From Mobula hypostoma (lineage: Eukaryota), in the NCBI RefSeq assembly GCF_963921235.1, contig NC_086097.1:184762001-184826000 (forward strand): a stretch of DNA of 64,000 nucleotides, written 5' to 3'. The position numbers and the translations under genes were made by a program. The first letter of the stretch is position 1; each line of letters opens with the position of its first letter. Below the pieces are notes generated by a model, which was given only the letters and a program-made list of their open reading frames with translations, had not been told where the DNA came from and did no database searches. Below, piece after piece: positions 62,441-64,000 of the stretch.

Positions 62441-62899
62441 GTGTGTGCGCACACAGATACGCACACTAGCTCTCTCTCAATCAGCAGCTGTTTTCACAAT
62501 TAGCATGTTGATTTTGACAGATAATGAATGTAAATTACTGCCTTTATCTGGCAAGTTAATGTGACAAAAATTATCAATTGACTGGTTAAGCATTCTTAGA
62601 GTCAAAAGTTCAATTTCTTTTTTCACTTGGAAACCTTATCACACTTTACAACAGGTCATTTAGTAATTTTTTTGAGAAATACAGAGAAATTTACAAAGGT
62701 TTGCTGAGTCATGAGGACAAAATCTAAAGTAATTAGCAAGGCATTTTGGAACCACAATGGATAAAACATTGCATCTGATAAGAGTTATTTATGAGCATAG
62801 CTGCTGAACGCACATGGAAAATTGAAAACAAAATTTGGAAGATTAAGCCATTTTTAGAGCAGTTATTTTTAGAATGGACCAATGTAAGAGTGGGGAGCT

Positions 62900-63365
62900 A
62901 GAGTCCAGCTAGGGAGGCTTTGGGGAAGAGCAGGACAAGAACCAGGAAATGTTTTTATTTTACTGTTAATCTGTGTCTTTTGATAGTATAGATAAAATGG
63001 CAGTCAGGGCAATGAAATACTCCTGCTACAAAAGTGAAGTTCAGGGCACCTCACAGTCTGCCTGACAACACCTGTGGGAAGTGAACCCAGCTGCAGCTCC
63101 TAACCGACCAGGTGAAGGAAAAAAGAAGGTATAGTTAGAAACACCTAGGATCATCTGAGATTCTGAGGATTCCATAGATGGCAATTTTAGTGAGGTGATA
63201 GGGGAGTAGGCAGACTGTGGCCTTTCCCTTCAATGACCTGGTATGTCTCTTTGGACACTGCTGGGCAGGGAGAACCTTTCAAAGACCAGCACCAGTAATG
63301 GGGTTAGTGCTACCATGCCTGACTCTGAGGCAAAGAAGAGAAAGGTGAAGTCAATCAGCGTGATC
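62900..63365 (+). mobile_element. CR1 ORF1 fragment
   Basis: Similar to 16240-16680 (TCGK..QLQLL.D.VKE). Confidence 0.6.
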
Positions 63366-63494
63366 GTATTGGTATTGGGTTTGGTTTATTATGTAATAGG
63401 TTTATTATTGTCACAGGTACCAAGTTTCCAGTGAAAAGCTTGTCTTGCATACTGTTTATACAGATCAAATCATTAAACAGAGTGTTTATAGTGT

Positions 63495-64000
63495 TTGTGG
63501 ATAGTCTGGAGGGTTGTCAGAGGTTACAGCGTCAACATCAATAGGATGCAGAAGTGGCAGATGAAGTTCAAGCCAGGTAAGTGTGAAGTGGTTCATTTTG
63601 GTAGGTCAAATTTGAAGACGAAATATCATATTAATGGTAAGACTCTTGGCAGTGTGGAGGATCACAGGGATCTTGGGGTCTATGTCGAAGGGGCACTCAA
63701 AGCTGCTACGCAGGTTGACTGAGTTGTTAGGAAGCCGTATGGTGTGTTGGCTTTCATCAACTGTGGGTTTGAGTTCAAGAGCCACGAGGTAATGTTACAG
63801 CTATATAAGAACTTGGTCAGACCCCATTTGGAGTACTGTGTTCAGTTCTGATCACCTCATTACAGGAAGGACATGGATGTTATAGAGAGAGTGCAGAGGA
63901 AGTTTACAAGGATGTTGCCTGGATTGGACAGCATGCCTTTTGAGAATAGATTGAGTAAATTTGGGCTTTTCTCCTTGGAGCAGTGGAGGATGAGAGGTGA
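63495..64000 (+). mobile_element. CR1 RT C-terminal fragment running off the window
   Basis: KWQMKF.PGKCEVVHFGR, RDLGV, LVRPHLEYCVQF. Confidence 0.9.

Overview
This is vertebrate, repeat-dominated non-coding DNA. The mix of CR1 LINEs, Rex1/Babar-type LINEs, Penelope-like elements and V-SINEs looks like a cartilaginous fish, probably a ray; that assignment is inferred from repeat content only. I found no recognisable host protein-coding gene, and nearly every ORF in the track is a broken transposon reading frame or noise. Contents: about 17 CR1 fragments, some with the zinc-finger/esterase ORF1; about 10 Rex1/Babar-type fragments; an internally deleted Gypsy provirus with PNMA-like gag and integrase (2964-6908); a solo LTR; a full-length dead Tc1; a Sleeping-Beauty-like Tc1 end; a pogo/Tigger-like element; and several SINE or non-autonomous families. 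Most interesting: (i) six decayed copies of a Penelope terminal repeat whose consensus is a minimal, dimer-type hammerhead ribozyme; (ii) a near-Sleeping-Beauty sequence suggesting horizontal transfer; (iii) a perfect 39-bp snap-back hairpin at a CR1 5' junction; (iv) a 68-bp-arm hairpin in unique DNA; (v) non-autonomous elements with a YY1-type head; (vi) a candidate 54-nt exon. Boundaries of old repeats are approximate, and family names rest on motif recognition, not database searches.
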